NCBI GenBank assembly: GCA_965240325.2
Contig: OZ251231.1
Location: 1,054,001 to 1,118,000 of the forward strand
Origin: Rebecca billardiae RCC1528
Taxonomy: Eukaryota > Protista > Haptophyta
DNA length: 64,000 nucleotides
Direction of reading: 5' to 3'
How positions within the stretch are numbered: position 1 is the first letter of the stretch; every line of letters begins with the position of its first letter. The notes under the pieces were generated by a model. The model was not told where the DNA came from. It saw only the letters and a list, made by a program, of their open reading frames with translations, and made no database searches. This document shows positions 42,524 to 53,935 of the stretch, piece by piece. The position numbers were made by a program, and so were the translations under genes.

Positions 42524-43630
42524 CTAGTGCGGCTGGCACTGTGGTACTGTGAAGATACTTCTCGTAGTATGCAGCAGCTCGGTGTTCATGCACTCGTGCC
42601 CGCACCCTTCGTCGTGCCGGAGGCAAACATGCGCCAGATCAGGATGCGCGTGCGCCCATCGCTCCCAAGCCAGTATGGCTGAAACCATACTGGACCCTGC
42701 AGCTGCAGTCGGCATGCTTGCACGCGCACGCGACACCCACGGGCCACACACGTGGTTGGCTTCTGCAAGAGAGGCGTCGAATGCCGCCCGTGCCGTCTCG
42801 AACATAGGCTGCAAGCTGTTGATTTGCGCATCAAGCCTGCGCTCCGCCTCCGCAACGAGCTCGTAGTCCCTGCGATTGTCCTCTCTGTAGCCAGCCCCAA
42901 CGTAGCGCCTGATACTCTCATCCTCGTCTGCTAGCCGTGGATGGTGCACCATCTCGAAGCCAAAGTCGTCTCGTGCGCCACTCCCGTCGGCGACCTTCGC
43001 CTTGATGTACATGACATCAAGTGTTCTCAAGCCGAGCTGCAGCTGCAACACAACAAGCGAGTCATCGAAGCGGTGGCTCAAACCAACAAAGTCGTAGTAA
43101 TCGAGCGTTGCGTTCACGCTGCCGAACAACGGCCCTCCGATGTACTCGTACTCGTAGTCGATCGAGTCACGGAGAGCCTTGAGCTTGCGCTCCACAGTCG
43201 GCGTCACTCCCCCCCTGCTAACCTCGAAGTGGTAGAACCGCGAGAGAGCCCTGGACGCTGGCTCGCGGAGCAACGTGAGGGTGAAGGCGTCGGGGAACCG
43301 ACGATCGATGAGCGACCGCAATGGCCGATTCAGCACACCGTGACCTGCGTGCAGCTGTGCTGCGAATGGACGGAGAAGGTTGCCACCGCTGTACACCCCA
43401 AAGGCTGCGTCGCATCCTGTCATGCAGTAGAGCTTGCATACGCGCCGGAGGACGCCCGCAAACGTGCTCCCGCCAACTTTCTCCGCCTTGATGTACACCA
43501 TATTCCCAGGCGGTCGGAAGGAATGGTTCAGAGCCGTGCCTGGCAGCGCCGCGCCCACAGCCACGCTCACAGCGAGCGCCACATGCGCGAGCCGTCGTGT
43601 TGGCAGGGGCCGTGTCGGCCGAGAGGCCAT
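42524..43630 (-). CDS. Galactose-3-O-sulfotransferase-like Golgi sulfotransferase
   Basis: N-terminal TM; 5'-PSB-like YIKAEKVGGST; 3'-PB-like LREPASRALSRFYH; FVGL..RFDDSL; N..DYEL. Confidence 0.78.
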   Translation of the reverse strand: MASRPTRPLPTRRLAHVALAVSVAVGAALPGTALNHSFRPPGNMVYIKAEKVGGSTFAGVLRRVCKLYCMTGCDAAFGVYSGGNLLRPFAAQLHAGHGVLNRPLRSLIDRRFPDAFTLTLLREPASRALSRFYHFEVSRGGVTPTVERKLKALRDSIDYEYEYIGGPLFGSVNATLDYYDFVGLSHRFDDSLVVLQLQLGLRTLDVMYIKAKVADGSGARDDFGFEMVHHPRLADEDESIRRYVGAGYREDNRRDYELVAEAERRLDAQINSLQPMFETARAAFDASLAEANHVCGPWVSRARASMPTAAAGSSMVSAILAWERWAHAHPDLAHVCLRHDEGCGHECMNTELLHTTRSIFTVPQCQPH

Positions 43631-43831
43631 CGTGCAACAGCTGCCTGAGTACAGTTTACTAGACCGGCGCAGGCAGGTGAGGGGCGCGTTGCCGCACCTC
43701 ATCGAGGCGGCCATTGCAGCAAGCGGCCGCCCCGCGCTCGGAGGCACGCGCTCGGGAGCGCGCTCTGACACCACACGGGGAGGGTGCTGCAGCTGTCAGG
43801 CAGCCGCAACGCCACGTGCGCCACTTCACTG

Positions 43832-45898
43832 ATCAAGGGCGTTCCCGGGCCCCTGCCACACGCCCCCGACTATTAATTATTATAACGGCAATGCCCCCTG
43901 CGGGGGGGGCATTGCTACCAAAGAAATAGATTGCTTCCGGACTGGCGCGGGCCGTAATCAAAGTGTACCCGCTTTAAATAGAGGGAGCCCATTTCAATAC
44001 GAAGAACACGGCTCTGATTTGGCGTATGACCAGTGAGGGGAACGCCCCTGAGCCCACGGCCCACGCCCGGCGCGAAAGCGGGCAACCCCACAACGGGGTT
44101 GCCCGTTGGCGTCCCCGAACCGCTCCTGAGCCCATCGTGCGCGTCGATGGCGCCGACCTCGCTACTGCGCGCGGTGTCGTTTCCCATTTCGAGAGTGGAG
44201 CCTCAGCGCGCGGGCGCCGCGGCACGCCAACGCCAGGTCCCAGTGTGGCGGCAACCTGTTGGCCGGCAAGCGAGCCAACGGACTCAAGTCGTGAAGGGGC
44301 ACAGCGAGTCCGATGCGGCTGCCGTCGTACAGATTACGAGCGCGAGCGCCGACTGCGCCGAGTAGCACGGCCGCGCCACGCGCCGCGCGCCGCTAGCGCT
44401 GGGCTCGCCCGGGGGAGATTGGAGAAGGCGCGCCCCTGCAGCGCTATATATATATACTTGAGGAGTCCAGTTCTGGCATCGCTAAGTTAGTCAGTTCCGA
44501 GAGGAGCTAGGCGCTACGGCTCCGAGAACCGCCCGTACGTCTCAGCCATGACGATCAGCCGGTATCTGAGGAGCCGCGAACAATTAAACTATATCATCAG
44601 ATATATCGATATATATATATATATGATCGGCTACGCCGATCTTCGGGTAGTAAACAACGAAGTTGAGGGCGCACGGCCCTGGTAGTTGTCGCGTTCTTCA
44701 CCGAATCACGATGCGCGCGCCCGGCACGTCGCCGTGCAGGAGGCGCGGCCGGCGCGGGCGCGAGTAATCGACGCGATCGACGGCCCGTCGGGGGGCTGCG
44801 CCGTGTCGAACTCAACGGCTTAGCAGCCGCAGCGCCTCCGCCCGGTGCGCTTCGGGCAGCCCTGCTGGGGCCGCGCGCAGCGCAGAGATCGCGCTCGGCA
44901 GCTCGCCCGTCTCAGCCTCGCACAGCCTTGCGCGCTCGGCGGGATCGGCGCAGCGTCGGATGAATGAGCTCGCAGCTCTGAGCTCGCAGCTCGTCGGCCG
45001 GTCGGCGGCGGGAAAGAGCGTCGCGAGCAGCCGCGGCTCGAGCCTGTCTCCGACCTCCCGCAGCCGCAGCAGCCGCTCCTTGCACGCCCTCGGCGTCTTC
45101 CCCTCGAATGCGGGCACAATGAGCTCCCCACGGCACGTGACACCCTGGATTGCGACCTTTGTCTGTCAGCCTCGCCGCCGCGTCGATCGATGCAGTGCGA
45201 GGGCCGCTGTGCGCGTCGGCGCCGCCGCGGGTGCTGTCGGCCGACGGCCTGGAGCGCGAGGGCGACTGCGAGCACGGGCGAGAGAGGAGCACGGCGTCGC
45301 CCGTAGCATATGCCACCTCGCCATCGTCGCGGACTCGCCGCTCGCAGATCTAAGCCCAGCCTCGTCGCGAGCAAAACAGATGTACGCGCTCGGCCTCGTG
45401 CTGCGAGGACTGGCGCCCAGCCTCGTCGCCCGCAGATCTGCGCGCGCTGCTTGCCGCGCCGTCATGCGCAGCCAGAGAGAGAGAGGCTCACGGTCAGCAC
45501 TCCGCACGCGGAGCCATCACAGCGCGGCCATGGTCATGGACGGCGCGAGCGTGAGGGCTTGGGCGAGCGACTTCCCGCGAACATGCCGAGAGTTCAGCTG
45601 CGCGGGCGTGCGGCGTGGCGCGCGCGGGCGCGCGCATGGTCAGCTGGAAATACAGCGAGAAACGCGCCTCGCCCCCACGCGCCACGCGCTTTCGCACCCA
45701 GAGTACGCATGGCCATGCAGGGGCGTTCCCCGCACTGGTCATACGCCAAATCGAACCGCGTTCCTATTGAAATTGGCTTCCTCTATTTCAAGCGGGTACA
45801 TTTGATTACGGCCCGCGCCAGTCCGGTAGCAATGCCCCCCCCAGGGGGGGGCATTGCTTTCGGGAGCGTGTGGCAGGATCCCGGGAACGCCCTTGATT
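43832..45898. repeat. Two inverted copies (43832-44050, 45718-45898) of a structured repeat enclosing ~1.65 kb
   Basis: Shared CAGGGGCGTTCCCC.CACTGGTCATACGCCAAATC...CTCTATTT.AAGCGGGTACA...GATTACGGCCCGCGCCAGTCCGG, the hairpin GCAATGCCCCC...GGGGGCATTGC and GTGTGGCAGG..CCCGGGAACGCCCTTG. Confidence 0.8.
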
Positions 45899-45964
45899 GC
45901 CCGCCTCTCAGAGGCTCCGTGTGGCCAGCTTTTGTATCATCGCGCGAAGCCGTGTGATGACGAG

Positions 45965-47200
45965 CAGTATTAAGCAACGGGAGATAACTATCATAATCAG
46001 AAAGGATACGGTTATGAATCGCGCGCGGGAACCAGTTTATCGTTCATATTCGTCAAGCTCTCCTGGACGCGCCGGTATTAAATGGGAGAGAATCAAGGGT
46101 CGTGCGTGAAGCGGTAGAAATTCTTATGCTCATGAGATTTCAGGCTCAAGAATGGATTGCCACCCGCATTGACGTCGTATCAACAGATGACCAAAAGCAT
46201 ATCAACAACAGTAGCTTGCTAACCGTATGATACAAGGGCGCGCGGGAACGTCGATTCAAGCTACCCGCGCAATACCATATCGCGTCGCTTTGATGAATCT
46301 GAGGAGTGAACAGCTATCCAGAGAATTCGTTCGATATCTCACCTTTTTTATTACCGGTTTCAGGCACCCGTGGAAGTCAATCGCGATTCACTTTGACCCT
46401 CTTCGATCGTGCCGATCAGATCGATCGAGATCGATCGCGTTTGTGGATCACGAGTTCGATCGCGAATCGATTTGCCGATCGCGAACCCGATCACAACTCA
46501 CGATAATCGACATCGATCGGCAAAGCGGGTGCGTTCGATCATGATCGATCATCTACTCCGATTCACAAACGATCGTGATCAATCGCAATCGATCACGAAG
46601 AAGCAAATCGATGGCTCGCCTTTTGTGATGACTGATACCAGCTAAATCGGTCGCAATTTTGTAAGTGATACATAGGCGTCATGATGAGGTATCGATCGAT
46701 TCGTTGAATGTGTTTCGTAAATCGATCGTTTCGATCTCAAACGCGATCGATCCCAATCAATCGAGGTTCGCCGATCGATCGAGATCAAATCAGAATGATG
46801 AGCTGTTCAACTCAGTTCGGATCGAGATTGGATCGGCGAACTGATCTGGCCAATCACAATCGATCGCAAGCGACCCACTTCGATCGCGATCGATTCGGAT
46901 GAAGGACCAAAGCAGAACTGATCCGAACTGATTCTGACTTCGACGATTGACTTCCACGGGTGCCTGAAATCGGTAATATGGTCAGTTCAACACACGAATC
47001 TTGACGATCAGAATGGTAATTGGTATAGCTAGATGACGACTTCGTCCTATTTGATTCCGAATTCTTCTATTACTTACTATCCAACGATTAAGGAGCAGTA
47101 CAAACGCAATCATGAGCAGCGATATGGACTCAAATGCTGCGGTTTCACACCTAAATCCACCTACAAAAATCCCCCAAATCCTGCGCGCATCCTCTTTTTT
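45965..47200. other. Lower-GC non-coding island with an extreme density of ATCG/CGAT/GATC words (core ~46380-46930)
   Basis: e.g. CGATCAGATCGATCGAGATCGATCGCG and GATCATGATCGATC; no credible ORF. Confidence 0.75.
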
Positions 47201-47339
47201 GATTTTGCGGAGCACGTGCGCCGCCCCCCCCGCCCGGCCGGCTTTCGCTCACGCTCAGACCTTTCGGGGGGGCCGTGCGCCATAATAATAATTAATACGG
47301 CGGCCGTACCGTTGGTCGACTACGATCGCCTGGCGTCTG

Positions 47340-48386
47340 CTACGCGCGGCGACCACCCGGCGCCAGAGGGATGCCCAGCGTCGTGTGGTCCTTGGCGCGC
47401 TCGTGCGACGCCTCCCACTCGGCAGCGCTCTGGTCAAAGATGGCGGCGCTGTGCGAGCTGCGCGTCTCCGACATGTACGCCGCGGCGGCTTCGGCCGCGG
47501 TCGTGGCGGCGTGCCCGGCGGGGATGCTCGAGGAGGTGTGCGAGATCCTCGGCCCGGCCACGTACCACCTGCGCTCACCCTGGGGAGTCCGGTAGAAGCG
47601 GCCGGACGTGGTCTCGTAGCTCATCGGGTCATCGCCGAGCCGCGCACCGATCGAGCCGCGCATCATCAGCCGCTTCGTGTCGCGAAGCGCGGCGTACTCG
47701 CCCGGCTGGGGGGTGGGGGCGGCGAAGGCGTCGGCCGTGGTCGTCCCCTCGGCGGAGGGCATCGGCAGGCTCTCGTCGAACATGCCCAGGTTGGACATGT
47801 TGCGGTGCTTCACCGTGGGCACACCGCGCTGCGCCCGCTGCGGTGTGCGGTAGGTCGTCCGCGTCACGGACCGATTGCGCTCGCTGCCTTCAGGCGGGAC
47901 GAGGCGGAGGTGCGCCGGGACGCCTCCCTCGAGGGACAGCTTCTCGAGCCGCTTGCGCTCGGCGAAGCGCAAGACCTGCCCGTGATTCGAGTAGTCGTGC
48001 CGCTGAAAGTCGCCCTGCACTGTGCTCACAAACGTGCGCTCATCCGGCCGGCGCGGTTCGGGCGGGCTGCGGTCGTTGGGCATGCCCGCGACGGGGATGG
48101 CTTCGCCGCCACGGACGGCGGCGGGTACAAAGGAGGTGCGCGTCTGCGACATGCCCTGGAACGCCTCGGGCGTGCTCCTCCACCCGAGCGTGACCGGTGG
48201 GTTCGCAGGTTTGAGAAGGCGCTGTGGGCATCGCCGCAACAAAGGCGGGCGCGCGCGCGCGTTGGGCGGTGGCACGCGTGAGCGCGCGCTGCACAGCGAT
48301 CTCGATCGGCGGGATGCGGGGCACACTGCGCGGAGCTGGCGCACCTTGCGCGGGGGCGGGAGCTTTTCCTTCGCGTCGAGCATCAT
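47340..48386 (-). CDS. Possible ciliary microtubule-inner protein with Mn-like repeats (SAXO/STOP-like); likely intron after the first exon
   Basis: Repeated short motifs FVSTVQGDF, TTYRTP, TTTADAFAAP, YETTSGRFY, YMSETRSSH; donor AAG|GTGCGC after PPPRK. Confidence 0.45.
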   Translation of the reverse strand: MMLDAKEKLPPPRKVRQLRAVCPASRRSRSLCSARSRVPPPNARARPPLLRRCPQRLLKPANPPVTLGWRSTPEAFQGMSQTRTSFVPAAVRGGEAIPVAGMPNDRSPPEPRRPDERTFVSTVQGDFQRHDYSNHGQVLRFAERKRLEKLSLEGGVPAHLRLVPPEGSERNRSVTRTTYRTPQRAQRGVPTVKHRNMSNLGMFDESLPMPSAEGTTTADAFAAPTPQPGEYAALRDTKRLMMRGSIGARLGDDPMSYETTSGRFYRTPQGERRWYVAGPRISHTSSSIPAGHAATTAAEAAAAYMSETRSSHSAAIFDQSAAEWEASHERAKDHTTLGIPLAPGGRRA

Positions 48387-48605
48387 GGTGCTGGCGCAGC
48401 GATGACGCCCTCGTGCGCCCTTGGTGATGGGATACGTGAAACGATAAACGAGTAATTCAATACAGAGTCAACGACGTGCATGAAACGACATCAACTTTCG
48501 CGATGGCGTCGTATTATTCGGCGCGGCCTTTAATAGCCCCCCCGCGCGGCCGCGCCCCCGCCCGGAGACGGCGTGGACCCGCGCCGTCCGCTCACTGCAG
48601 GCGGC

Positions 48606-50534
48606 ATGCACGCCGCCGGGACTGGCGCCGCGCGAGCGTCGGCGTGGGCGGTGGCAGCCCGCCCTGGCCAGCCGTGGCTACGCCGCACCGCAGCCCTGTC
48701 GCATGCTCGCGCGCCGCTAGTGCGCCGGCTCAACGCGTTCGCCGTGCACGGCGTGCCGCCCGAGCGGCCGCCGTTCGCCGTGCGGGTCGCGCTGGTCGGC
48801 ACGGCCACCGGCCTGTTCACCCCCGCGTTCGCGACGGCGGGGGTCGCCGTCGCGTGGCATCGGCTCCTTCCGCACTCGCTCGTCGGCCAGGGCGTGCGCA
48901 ACCTCACGACCGCGCTCATCGGCGGCGGTGCGTTCACTCTTTGCTATCACTACGTCGCGCCTTTCCTGCGCTCGCACGGCGAGCTCGTCGCGCCGTTCGC
49001 CGCGGCCAACGCGGTCGCGTCGGCGGCGTGGTACGCGGTGCTCGAGTCCACGCTCGGTCTGGAGGCGATGGCCGGCACCGTGAGCGTCGGCGCCTTCGTC
49101 GGCACCCAGGCGCTGCGCACGCCGCTGCCCGTCGCAGGCCTCGGCGTCGGCCTCGCCACCGCCATCACCGCGCCCACGCTCTGGCCGATGATGATCCGCG
49201 CGCTGTGGCCGGAGCCGTTCGTGCACGCGGTGTTCGGCCCGGACGGCTCGCCCACGGCGCTCATCGACGTGTACGCGAACGCCTTCCTGCCTGTGGCGCT
49301 CCCCGTCTGCCTCGCGGCCGGCGGCACCATGCACATTCTCCTCTCACCCCTCGTGCTTGGCGTGCGCGGCGTGCCGTGGACGGGCGCCGCGCTGCCCGCG
49401 CTGTGCGCGCTCGTGGGCGTCTCCGCGGTGTACATGGGCGCGTGCCGCACGCCCCTGGCCAGCTTCTACTGGGAGGCGCGCATCTCGCACGTCGACGGCA
49501 CCGAGTACTCGCGGAACATTCTCACCGGCGAGGTGCAGCAGGGCACGGCCGCGGCGGAGCGCTCGCGCTCGGCGCGCGCGCTGCTGCTCGTGTGGCGCTC
49601 GGCGCGCGCGGCGTGGAGATGGGCGCTCGGACGCGAGCCGCACCCGGACGACGTCGCCGCGACGGTGTTCTTCGCCGGCGAGGGTGGGGGCGACCTCGGC
49701 GCGTGGCTCTCGCCCGCCGAGCCCGCCGACCCCTCCGCTGCGGAGATGGCCGCCCTCGCGCGGCTTCTGTCGGCGTTGGGCTGCGACGCTCGAGCGACTA
49801 CCACCGCCACGCCGGCCGCGCCGCCGCTGCCGCCGCTCGAGGTCATCGACTACGCGCACGCGCCGCTCAACCGGCTGATCGACATCTGCGTCGCCGCCGA
49901 GCTCGCCCGCGCGCACGCCCTCGCCGCGGGCGCGGCCTCGCTCGACGACGAGTCTCGGCTCGCGCTGCTGCGCGAGCGCGCGCGCCGCGAGCACGGCATT
50001 GCACAGCTGGACACGGTGGTCGAGCTCGTCGTGTGCGCGGCCGCGCTCGGGCACGGCGGCGGGGGTGCGGGGGGTCGCGAGGACGGCGGCGCGCCGCCAG
50101 GCGCGCCCGCGCCCGGCGGGGCGCCGCCGCCGCCGCCGCCGCCCAGCGGCGCAGCACACCGGCTCAAGGCGAGCATGCGCGAGCAGGCGGTCAGTGTCGG
50201 GCTCGCGGGCGCGGGCGCGGCGTCTGGCTGGGGCCGTGGCGCGGCCGCTGCGGACGGGCGGGCGCCGCACGCGCGGCGCTGGGATCGGCTGCTCGTGCGC
50301 GCGCTCTTTGCGCGCGCAGCTGACGTCGACGTGGCCCTCGCGGCCTACGGCGTCCGCCCGCGCGACCCGCGGGCCGCCGAGGCGCGCGCCGAGGCCGCGC
50401 TGCGCGAGGAGAGCCGGCGGCGCGCTGTCGCGCGTTTGGCGCAGCTCGCTGGCGCGCTCGCGCAGACAGCGCTCGCGCTCGGGGTTGGCGCTGCGCTGCT
50501 GCGATGGGGGGCTGGCGGTAGCACCGGGTCGTGA
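48606..50534 (+). CDS. Hypothetical multi-pass membrane protein
   Basis: Long ORF with coding-like GC3, several hydrophobic segments in the N-half and a C-terminal hydrophobic segment. Confidence 0.65.
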   Translation: MHAAGTGAARASAWAVAARPGQPWLRRTAALSHARAPLVRRLNAFAVHGVPPERPPFAVRVALVGTATGLFTPAFATAGVAVAWHRLLPHSLVGQGVRNLTTALIGGGAFTLCYHYVAPFLRSHGELVAPFAAANAVASAAWYAVLESTLGLEAMAGTVSVGAFVGTQALRTPLPVAGLGVGLATAITAPTLWPMMIRALWPEPFVHAVFGPDGSPTALIDVYANAFLPVALPVCLAAGGTMHILLSPLVLGVRGVPWTGAALPALCALVGVSAVYMGACRTPLASFYWEARISHVDGTEYSRNILTGEVQQGTAAAERSRSARALLLVWRSARAAWRWALGREPHPDDVAATVFFAGEGGGDLGAWLSPAEPADPSAAEMAALARLLSALGCDARATTTATPAAPPLPPLEVIDYAHAPLNRLIDICVAAELARAHALAAGAASLDDESRLALLRERARREHGIAQLDTVVELVVCAAALGHGGGGAGGREDGGAPPGAPAPGGAPPPPPPPSGAAHRLKASMREQAVSVGLAGAGAASGWGRGAAAADGRAPHARRWDRLLVRALFARAADVDVALAAYGVRPRDPRAAEARAEAALREESRRRAVARLAQLAGALAQTALALGVGAALLRWGAGGSTGS

Positions 50535-50778
50535 TATCTGCGACACGGCGACACGCGGGCCGGCAGTGAATCACGTCGAACTTGACGATATAGCGTCATC
50601 ATGCAGACCGACAACGACTCGTCAGGACCGACGAGGATTATTTGACAGCGACTACGAGTACGACGATATACTGCGCTGTAGTTACGAAATACGGTCGCAA
50701 ATAACGCGGCGCGCGCGCTATACATAAACAGGTAATAACGACGACTAGTTGTAATAGCCAAAAGCCAAAAGGCCTCCA

Positions 50779-51954
50779 TCAGAGTCCTAGCTCTCGTAGA
50801 TGACTCTCGCAGAACTCGGTAAACGAAGAGTCACTGACGCTGATTGTAACCGGGGCGCGGCCAGCGCCGCCGCCGAGCCCGCGTCCCCCTCCGCGCCGTC
50901 CTCCTCCCCTGCTCCCTCCCCTTGCGCCCCTGTCTCCCCCAGTAAGTTCAGTCGGCCTCGGTCGTGCCGCGCCAACGCTGCTGCGGCCAATGGCATCACG
51001 AATTCGACGGTGCTTGTCGGCGAGCACCGCCACCAAGTCCAATGGCTGCAGCTCGGCAAGCCGTGGCAGACCACTCGCCTCACATCTCTCGGCTGCAACC
51101 ACACGCTGTGAGAAGCGAGCAGATTCCTCCATTGTAGTCGTGGTCATGGACATGAGCAACGGGTCCTCAGGGATATCGTTGAAGTAGTAGACGAGATGAT
51201 CTGGAAAGTGCTTGAAGAGGATGCGTGCCACTGGCTTGAGCACCTTGTCCTCGACGTCTCCAGAGTGGTTTCCTCCGTAGCTGTACACATTGCTCTCGAA
51301 CGCTTTGAAGTGGCGCGCGATGACAGGCAAGACTGGATGCTCGCCCAGACGAAAGGTGTAGAGAGACGGAGGGCACACGCTCCCGGTGAGGTCTTGGAGG
51401 TAGTGGCACCTCGCCACGACGTCTTGCTTGGTGGACATGGCAGTTGCAGCGTGAAGCATGTGCACAGCCTCCTTCAGCTTGTACTCATCAAAGCACCAAC
51501 CTTGAATACGTGCGTCCTCAAGCAGCTTGGCCTGCACCCGTTCGCGCAGGCCGGAAGCCATGTTGTCCACATCTGCTACGGAAGCGCACGTGGTGGGGAA
51601 GGTTTGCCAGTCATACAAGGAAGCCGCTTGCATATCGAGGACATCTCGGTGGTTGAAGTTCAGCGACTCGGTGAGGTGCAGCTGCTCCAGCTTGAAGGGC
51701 AAGAATGGGTCGTCGCCGTACGCGCAAGCGATGATCTTGTCAAGGACGCGAGGGACGTTCGCGTTCTGCAACACCGGCAGTTCATCGCTCAACACCTCGC
51801 GCAGTCCAGGGGGAGCGCGGGGGTGGTTTTCCAGCAAGTGGTTCACAAAGAAGGACTCCGTGCCGAAGATCTCCTCTATCTCCAGCATGGCCGCGACCCA
51901 TGCCTCTTGGTCTGTGATCTGGCGCTTGACGATTATGCCCGCGTCGATGCCCAT
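50779..51954 (-). CDS. Hypothetical protein, 391 aa, intronless
   Basis: Normal amino-acid composition and ATG start; lower GC3 than neighbours; no recognised motif. Confidence 0.65.
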   Translation of the reverse strand: MGIDAGIIVKRQITDQEAWVAAMLEIEEIFGTESFFVNHLLENHPRAPPGLREVLSDELPVLQNANVPRVLDKIIACAYGDDPFLPFKLEQLHLTESLNFNHRDVLDMQAASLYDWQTFPTTCASVADVDNMASGLRERVQAKLLEDARIQGWCFDEYKLKEAVHMLHAATAMSTKQDVVARCHYLQDLTGSVCPPSLYTFRLGEHPVLPVIARHFKAFESNVYSYGGNHSGDVEDKVLKPVARILFKHFPDHLVYYFNDIPEDPLLMSMTTTTMEESARFSQRVVAAERCEASGLPRLAELQPLDLVAVLADKHRRIRDAIGRSSVGAARPRPTELTGGDRGARGGSRGGGRRGGGRGLGGGAGRAPVTISVSDSSFTEFCESHLRELGL

Positions 51955-52144
51955 GTCGCCAGCGCCGTGGATGGACGCGAGGTCGGCTGGGCGTGTTGAA
52001 CACGCCGTTGCCGACGACCGCGGCCGGTCGCGATATCTCTGGAGATTGAAGATGAGATCGACTCGACGATCCTGTCATCGAGATTACGACCAAGTACTAG
52101 TGCATCTGCCTCGCATCATCAGCGGCCGGGCGGCCGGTCCAACG

Positions 52145-53935
52145 ATGGCCCTTGCGGGCCGGCCGCTCGCCACACGACCGTGGCTGCTCGGCTGGGTGCG
52201 GGCGCGCGTCGCGCACACCACCTCGGCCGCGCTCTCGGTCCCCCTCCCGCGCCCACCGACCGCGAGCGGCCGCTTTTTGCGCATCGTCACGGTCAACGAC
52301 GTGTACAAGCTGGACAACTATGCGCACCTGGCCTCCGCCATCGCCGAGTGCAAGGCGGCGGCGGACGATCTGGGCTGCGAGGTGATCGCCACGCTGAGCG
52401 GCGACTTCCTCTCGCCGTGCACCCTCACGTCGCTCGACGGCGGCGTGACGATGGTGCAGGCGCTCAACGTCGCGGGGGTCGACATCGTGAGCTTGGGCAA
52501 CCACGAGTTCGACGTGGGGCTGACGCAGCTCGCCGAGAAGCTCAGAGCGTTCCGCGGTGTCGTGCTGAACTCGAACGTGACGAGCGCGGAGCTCGCGCAC
52601 CTGCCTCGCTACCACACCGTCCGCGTCGGCGAGCGCCGCGTCGTGCTGGCAGGGCTCGTCACGGACGACCTCTCGATCTTCGCGCCGAGCGGGGTGCCGC
52701 GGTGCGCGCCCGTCGCCGACGGAGCGCGCGCCGCGTGGGCGCTCGCCTCGCGCGACGCGGCGCGCCCGCCCGATGCGTTCGTCCCGATGACGCACCAGCT
52801 CATCCGCGAGGACCGCGCGCTCGCCGCCGCGCTCGCCACGCACCGCGAGCTTGCCGGGCGCACGCCCGTCATTCTGGGCGGCCACGAGCACGAGCTGCTC
52901 GTCGAGCCCGCCGCGAACGGCAGCTCGCTGATTGTGAAGATGGGCGCGGACGCGGAGCGAATCGGCGTGGTGGACGTGTGGTGGACGGCGGAGGGCGCGC
53001 TGCGCAGGGCGGTCTCGGTGCGAGCCGCGTCGGACTGGCCGGCCGCGCCGCCGGCGCGCGCCTTTGCTGACGCGAAGCATGCCTTCTTGGCGTCGATGAT
53101 GAGCGCGCCGATCGCGCAGCTGCGCGCCGCCACCTCCTCGGCGCGTGTGCGCCACGCGCCGTCGGCGCTCGCCTCGTTCCTGCTCGGGCTGGTGAAGGAC
53201 GCGCTCGCGCGCGAGCGCGTCGAGCTCGCGTTCTCGCAAGCGGGCAGCTTCCGCGGCGCGCGCGACTACGTCCCCGGCCCGTTCACCATCGGCGATCTCT
53301 TCGCCGAGTTCGCATTTCCGACGGAGCTCGCGGTGGTCAGCCTGCCCGGCTGGGTCATTGCCGACTCGATCGCGTGGTCGCGCGCCCGGCCCACGCCCGC
53401 GCCGGAGTTCCTACACGCCGACCAGGGGGTCGAGTTCGCACCAGACGGGCGCACGGTGACGCGCGTCAACGGCGCGCCGCTCGAGCCCGACAGGCTGTAC
53501 AAGGCGGCGGTGTACCAGCCCATCCTCACAGGCCTCAACGGCATCGAGCCGCTGTGCTCGTACGCGCGCGCCCACGTGCGCGTGCCGTCGCGCGACGTGT
53601 GCGTGCCGGCAAAGTGCCTGATCATCGAGCACTGCATGAAGCGCGCGTGGCGCGAGCTGGCCGGGCTCGACAGTCTCGACTCTGCGGCGGCCAGCAATGG
53701 CGGCGGCGCCGTGCAGCCGTGCGAGCTGGCCGAGCGCATAGACGGGCTCTTCGTCTCCTCCGGCGATCGGGATCGCAAGGACTCGATCGGCTGCGCGGAG
53801 CTCACTGCAGTCTTTGTGAAGCGGCGCGGGCACGGGCCCTCGGCCGCGCTGATCGAGCAGATGATTAAGACGCTTGACCGCAATGGAGATGGGCGGGTCG
53901 ACCGCTGCGACCTGAAGGCGATCGCCATCGCGTGA
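52145..53935 (+). CDS. 5'-nucleotidase-family metallophosphoesterase with C-terminal EF-hand
   Basis: VNDVY, SGDFLSP, LGNHEFD, MTH, LGGHEH, GSFRG, FAFP; EF-hand DRNGDGRVDRCDL. Confidence 0.88.
   Translation: MALAGRPLATRPWLLGWVRARVAHTTSAALSVPLPRPPTASGRFLRIVTVNDVYKLDNYAHLASAIAECKAAADDLGCEVIATLSGDFLSPCTLTSLDGGVTMVQALNVAGVDIVSLGNHEFDVGLTQLAEKLRAFRGVVLNSNVTSAELAHLPRYHTVRVGERRVVLAGLVTDDLSIFAPSGVPRCAPVADGARAAWALASRDAARPPDAFVPMTHQLIREDRALAAALATHRELAGRTPVILGGHEHELLVEPAANGSSLIVKMGADAERIGVVDVWWTAEGALRRAVSVRAASDWPAAPPARAFADAKHAFLASMMSAPIAQLRAATSSARVRHAPSALASFLLGLVKDALARERVELAFSQAGSFRGARDYVPGPFTIGDLFAEFAFPTELAVVSLPGWVIADSIAWSRARPTPAPEFLHADQGVEFAPDGRTVTRVNGAPLEPDRLYKAAVYQPILTGLNGIEPLCSYARAHVRVPSRDVCVPAKCLIIEHCMKRAWRELAGLDSLDSAAASNGGGAVQPCELAERIDGLFVSSGDRDRKDSIGCAELTAVFVKRRGHGPSAALIEQMIKTLDRNGDGRVDRCDLKAIAIA

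Noticed and set aside
43832-44080. snRNA, tRNA or SRP RNA gene
   Set aside because: No recognisable U1-U6, tRNA box A/B or SRP signature; kept only as an unexplained structured repeat.
51527-52144. N-terminal extension of the 802-aa nucleotidase ORF
   Set aside because: Largely the antisense shadow of the 50779-51954 gene; plausible ATG at 52145.
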